Shown here piece after piece: positions 58,726 through 64,000 of a DNA stretch of 64,000 nt (its first letter is position 1; each line of letters starts with the position of its first letter). The position numbers were made by a program, and so were the translations under genes. The notes under the pieces were generated by a model. That model worked only from the letters and a program-made list of their open reading frames with translations. It searched no databases and was not told the origin of the DNA. Source of the DNA: Squalus acanthias. Taxonomy: Eukaryota. The stretch is from the NCBI GenBank assembly GCA_030390025.1, contig CM059432.1, forward strand, positions 4,588,001 to 4,652,000. The letters are read 5' to 3'.

Positions 58726-61700
58726 GTGACTCATACAGTAACGGGCATGTCACGGCCACAAAAGCAGTATAGTTTCCCCAGAGAGGCAGAAGCCGACTTG
58801 GAAATGGCACTGGGATCCCTGGTAGAACAGGAGGTGTTGAGGCCGATAGCCAACCACGTGAACTCACCACTCTGGCCGGTTAGGAAACCCGACCAGTCAT
58901 GGAGGGCCACCATGGACTATTGGGTGCTCAATAAAAACATCCCAGCCTGCGCGCCCACAGTCGCGGCTGTTGCCGATCTGATAGGGAGCATTCCAGCAAC
59001 CGCAACCACTTTTACGGTGCTGGATATCTCCAATGGGTTTTGGTCGATTCCTCTAAAAAGAGAAGACCAATACAAGTTTGCCTTTACTTTTAAAGGGCAA
59101 CAGTACACCTGGACATGCCTTCCCCAGGGTTTACATAACAGCCCTTCCATATTCCACCAGTATGTGGAGGACGCCTTAAAGGGTTTTAGTCGACCTCAGC
59201 AGCTAGTTCAGTATGTGAACGACTTGCTTTTGTTCTCCGCCGAGGGGGAGGAGCATGGGCCACTGCTGGCCGAGCTGCTCGAGCTGCTGAGGGAGGCCGG
59301 GTTTAAAGTAAACCCGAAGAAAGCCCAGATCGGCCGCGAGAAAGTCAAATTCCTCGGGCTGACGGTAAGGGCAGGGGAAAGGGCCATAGATGAGGCAAAA
59401 AGAAAGGCAGTACAGAAGTTACCAGTCCCCAAGGACGTAACAGTGGTAAGATCCTCCCTGGGACCCACAGGGTACTGCAGGGATTTTATTGAGGGTTACG
59501 CAGCCACGGCAGCCCCTCTGCTTTGGCTCCTCCGCAAGGGAGTGGGGTGGGTGTGGGACCAGAACTGCCAGGAAACATTCACACACCTCAAGGAGGATTT
59601 GCAGACAGCTCCTGCACTGGGGGCCATCAATGGTGGAGTGGAATTCTTTTTAGAGGTAGCAGCCAGCAGGTATATCTTGAGCGCGGTGTTGCTCCAGAAG
59701 CGACACGGCAAGCTACGGCCCGTGGTCTACTCATCTAGAGTTCTCACCGAGGTAGAACGGGGATATTCCAACTGCGAGAGGCATCTCCTGGCCACGCATT
59801 GGGCCGTAAAGCGCTCACAGCTCTTTACGGGATCATCCCTGATAGTTCTACTCACCCACCATACCCCCACTCAGATGTTGTTGGACGGGAGAATAAAGGA
59901 CGGGACAGTGAGCAGTGCTCGCATTGCTCGCTGGACTTTATTGCTCTCGCAGATGAATCTGAGAGTGCAGGGGTTGACCGAGCCCAAGTTGGCAGCGAAT
60001 TTGATTTACCCAGGTACGGCCCACACGTGTACGGTAGAAGGGGTATGGGACATGGATGTCGGGTTCCGGGCCGGGTTACACCCGACGGGCTGGGACATTT
60101 ACGTGGACCGGTCCAGTTCGGTAGCAAAGGGGGAGCGCTTCACCGGGTGCGGGATTTATGACCCAACGGCTAAGATAGCTAAGGCCCTTAAACTCCCCAG
60201 CACCCTGAGCGCTCAGCACGTCGAACTGGCGACGGTGGTGGATGTGGTCACCCACCCCGATGAATTCCCCACCCCCTACACCATCTGCTCAGACTCCATG
60301 TTTACATGTAATTCGTGCACCGAGCACCTGGCCAGCTGGGCTCGGCGCGGTTTTAAATCTGCGGATGGGAAGCCCCTAGCAACAGCACCGCTGCTAGGGA
60401 GGATTTTGGAGGTCACGGGCACCCGGGGAGATCACTATATACATAAGGTCAAGACCCACTCTAAGACAAAGCCCAGAGGGGAAGGTAACCAAAGGGCCGA
60501 CGAGTTGGCCAAGCAGGGGGCCAGGGAAGGAGAGTTCTGGGATCCCTATGAAGTAGGTCCGGTAGCAGCAATCCGGGACAAGGGAGGAACACCGAGAGTA
60601 ACTTTGACCCCGGACTTAAAACAAGTCCAAGCCCAGGATCCCGTCCTTAAGGCTATCCTGGGGAAGAAGGAAAAGGGCGAACAGGTAGAGGGTCCGTTCG
60701 GAGCAGCGGACATTACCGTTAAAGAGGGGATGCTATTTAAAGGGGATCGGTGGATAGTTCCCAAGCGATACCAGAGGGAATTCCTCCAGTTGGCCCACGG
60801 GGGCCCAGGAGCGGGACACCCAGGGCCGGAAACTACCTGGTAGAGGGTAGAACAGGCAAGGTGGTGGCCGCAAGTCAGGGAGGATGTCCACGACTTTTGC
60901 GCGGACTGCCTGGTGTGCGCAGCAAACAACCCCGATCCTCAGCGCAGGAAAGTCCCCATAGGACACACAAGGAGGGTAGAGGGACCATGGCAGTCCCTCC
61001 AGGTCGATTACATCAGACCACTACCCACCACACAGGCAGGTAACAAATACTGCCTAGTCCTGGTGGACGTGTTCTCCAAGTGGGTGGAAGCCTTCCCTTG
61101 GCGAATAGCCACGGCTTTGGCAAGGATTCTGGTAAAGGAAGTGTTCTCCCGGTGGGGACTGCCACAGGTCGTGGAGTCCGACCAAGGGAGTCATTTCACG
61201 GGGCAAGTAATGCAGGCCACCTTGGAGCTTTTAGGGATTGAGGGGAAGTGGCATGTGGCTCACAACCCACAGTCATCGGGGGTTGTGGAGCACCTTAACC
61301 AGACGATTAAAGAAAGGCAAAGGAAAGAGACAGGGTCGTCACCGAAATAGTGGGATGAGATCCTGCCGTCAGTGTTAATGGGTGTCCGGGCCAGCCTCCC
61401 CAGAAGCACAGGGTATTCCCCGCATGAGCTCATGACCGGGAGGGTCATGCGCACCCCCACCCACGTTTTGGCACCGGTCCTAACGGAAGCCCAAGTCCGG
61501 GAAGTGAACCGGGACAAGTTTGTACAGAATCTGTATGATAAATTAAAACAGATTCACTGGCAGGCAGCCAGTAACATGGGGAACCAGCACTGGAAAAATC
61601 GGTTGCTGCTCGAGCCCCAGAAAACCCACGAATGGAAGGTGGGAGACCAGGTAATGGTACGGAACTATGCCCGGGTAGGGGCATTTGAGCCACTATACAT

Positions 61701-62001
61701 GGGGTTGTATAGCATAGTGGACAAGGCAAGCCCCATGGTGGACGCGGTTAAACTCCCAAAACGCACGAAGTGGTTCCATATTAACCAGTGCAAGCGGTTT
61801 AACCCAGGGGAGAGAACAACAAAAGTAAAACGACACCAAGGCCCAATACTGAGCATGGTGGACGCGGGTCTTCCTCCCATGATTTGGGATGACGATGGCC
61901 CAGTGGTCGGGACAGTAAGGAGGAGCAGTAGGGTCCCACGGCCGAGGACACTGTGGATGCCTCTTCACACGCCGACCGTGAGCTGCAAAAGGCCCCGGTG
62001 A
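58726..62001 (+). pseudogene. pol: Retroviral pol: RT - degenerate tether RNase H - RNase H - integrase (HHCC, DDE, GPY/F-like)
   Basis: One reading frame broken only by TAG stops at 60841 and 61348. RT: NSPLWPVRKPD, LDISNGFWSIP, LPQG.HNSP, YVND (YVDD mutated, 59212-59223). Tether: LEVAAS...RPVVYSSR...YSNCERHLLA. RNase H: IYVD.SS, SAQHVELA, SDS, GNQRADELAK. Integrase: H..GH...CLVC, QVDY, ESDQGSHF, PQSSGVVE. Confidence 0.93.
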
Positions 62002-62121
62002 GAAGACCCTTAGCGGGGGCACCCGGCAACATGGGTAGTGATGTACATGGTCTTAATGTACATAGTTCTTGTATATAACGAAGCCAGACCTGTGGAGGTA
62101 AACCCTCTCACAGAAAGGGAT

Positions 62122-62141
62122 TGTTGCTTTTTGTTTCATAG
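62122..62141 (+). promoter_or_regulatory. Putative env splice acceptor
   Basis: tgttgctttttgtttcatAG ends 15 nt before agaATGG (62157). Confidence 0.65.
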
Positions 62142-62156
62142 GAAGCCGAGGACAGA

Positions 62157-64000
62157 ATGGAGACAGCCCTGAGACTGAGCGTGATCTTGATGTTGGCCGG
62201 AACGGGGCACAGCAGGAGAGGGGACACCGAGTCGTCCCTCCTCTATGGCTGTACTGGGGGGGACGGACCCACTGTGACTAAGGGGGGTAGGAGGGGGGAC
62301 ACAGACGGGATGGCAGCCTACTTCCACGAGGGAAGATGGCCAGGGTGGCTGGGGTCCAATTCGACGAAATACTCCAGCCACGCCGGGTTCACGTACGGGG
62401 AGGCTTCCCTACCATGTCCCCAACTGAAGATCACAGCCACACGGGTTAGGGTGACCTTGGGCAAGCGCGTATGCTTAAGATGCAAGAGACACATTCCCCT
62501 GGGACGGTGGTGGTGGCTTAGGAAGTTGAGTCAGGACAAGGGGAGCAGGTCAGCGGACTGTGAAAGACTGGGGAACGACACGTACCGACAGATCACGGGG
62601 ACGAAGGGGGGAGTGGAAGTGTGCTGGAACAAGTGGTGGAAGGAGGAACAGGGGATTTATGTGTGTGTGTGGGGGTCAGAACGGATCTGCCCAGCGGGTG
62701 TGTCGATTGCTTTCATACGGCAATGGCAGGATTCCGGGGCTGGTATGGGATGGGATCGGAGTTTGGATGCTTGCGTAGTCCCAGACCCTCCCAGCACAAT
62801 AAATTCCACGGAACTGGTAGTGCACGATCGGAAGCCCTGCCCACAGCCCCACCGGTACAGGAGACAGAGGTAAGGTGTCCCACCACCACACCAGGCCCAG
62901 GGAATGGTTTAGTTCTAGTCCTGAGCGGGAAGGTTTTATTCCAGGATGTACATTACGCAGCCGCGTCGGTCATCTTAAATTTAACCCGGGTGCAGCTGCC
63001 CGAGTGGTGTCCGAAGGAGACTGAGCAGTTTTACGAAGCCCTTATTAAAGAAATGTTCCGCCAATTTTTTGAGCTCACCTACAGGGATGTGAGTCGGGAG
63101 AAACTGTATGGCGTGGATGCGTACGATAGAGGCAATCCGGGTAGACAAAGGCGAGGGACGGTTAATGACATGGCCATGGGCTTTTAGCACGGGCACGTCC
63201 CTCGTCAATAGTATGGATGATATCCAGCTGCAGATGCAGATTAATAGTTTAAAGGACCAGCTGCGAAAGATACTGGGGGAAGGGAACAAGGTGGAAGGTT
63301 CGGAGCTAAAAGAAGACCAGGCGATGACCATTCATTTAAAAGAGGTCATCACTGAGCTGGAGACACACGCCAAGACCATCAACGATTTGATACGGGAGAA
63401 CAGGAATGCCTCGGCACAGGCAGCCAGAAGTGATGCGTGTGTGCTGTACGGTGCGTGGTTGCTAAACGAGGGACGCAGTAATCTGGAGGACTTACAACAA
63501 GGTCGCGTCCCATCGTGGGTTCGCAGCCGGCACCTCACAGCGCTCAGCCTGTATCATAATTCAATGAGCCCGTGTCAGCTCCGATTAGCTTCCGAAGCCT
63601 ACCCAGTCCCAGTTGATTGCGGACGGTCCAACCACACGGTTATGGGGATTGTACTGCGGATGCCGGTAATGGGCGGGTCACCGCAGCCAGTGCCGATATA
63701 CCGGGTCGATAACATTGGCGTCTTGAGGGACGGGGTGCATGTGCGGTATCATGGGGCCCCACCATTTGTTATAAAGTGGGAGCATGCCATGACCGGCACT
63801 GACCTCAAGGGGTGCCAGAGCAGGGGCGCACACGTGATATTGTGTCCCCAGCACCTGAACGCTTTCGATCGACCAGTGTGTGGGTTTGAATCGGAAAGTG
63901 CAGAGCCCATTAATTGCACCATGGAGGTGATGGCCCAGAGCCACGTTCCACCTCAGGTAGCACACGCGGGCGACGGGACGTACTGCGTCACGACAAGCGT
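62157..64000 (+). pseudogene. env: env-like gene: signal peptide, RGD/Ig-like module, F2-like region, RQRR, fusion peptide/heptad repeat, Cys-rich F1; two frameshifts; runs off the window
   Basis: ORF 62157-62873 (signal peptide), a -1 shift near 62865 into the 62621-frame ORF (GLVLVLSG...RQRR/GTVNDMAMGF), then a +1 shift in the T-run 63182-63185 into a frame open from 63186 to the end (STGTSLVNSMDDIQLQMQINSLKDQL...IVLRMPV...IYRVDNIG...CTMEV...GDGTYCV). Several N-glycosylation sequons. Confidence 0.85.

Larger units (their letters stand above)
58521..64000 (+). mobile_element. Endogenous retrovirus-like provirus (lokiretrovirus-like), gag/protease deleted, continues beyond the window
   Basis: Begins TGTAAG inside a LINE-tail remnant; pol with RT, two RNase H regions and integrase; downstream env-position gene resembling a class I F protein. 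Confidence 0.85.

Noticed and set aside
58726..64000. Assignment as a foamy virus or ordinary gypsy element
   Set aside because: RT motifs are spuma-like, but the env has a short N-terminal signal peptide and F-like layout, and a second RNase H is atypical of ordinary vertebrate gypsy elements. The final call needs a phylogeny.
1..64000. CRISPR arrays, rRNA or prokaryotic operons
   Set aside because: None seen; the window is spliced vertebrate genomic DNA.

Overview
Eukaryotic vertebrate DNA, most likely a cartilaginous fish (shark), judged from HE1/V-SINE, Deu-domain SINE and CR1/L2/Penelope repeats. The only host gene is a complete 16-exon desmocollin on the minus strand (ATG 53150 to TAA 11698). 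It has 2799 coding nt and 932 aa, all introns are GT-AG with consistent phases, and a GC-rich epithelial-type promoter lies at about 53.5-53.9 kb. Introns and flanks are dense with transposable elements: CR1, L2 and RTE LINE fragments, SINEs, hAT- and Harbinger-type MITEs, three LTR remnants, and Penelope-like termini carrying minimal hammerhead-ribozyme cores. The most notable element is an endogenous retrovirus-like provirus from 58521 to the window end. Its pol has RT, a tether RNase H, a second RNase H and integrase. Its env-position gene resembles a paramyxo-/pneumovirus-type F protein, a lokiretrovirus-like arrangement. That gene is preceded, across a frameshift, by a signal peptide, two RGD motifs and an Ig-like domain ending in its own furin site. 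All assignments are by eye, without database searches. TE boundaries are approximate unless a TSD is quoted.
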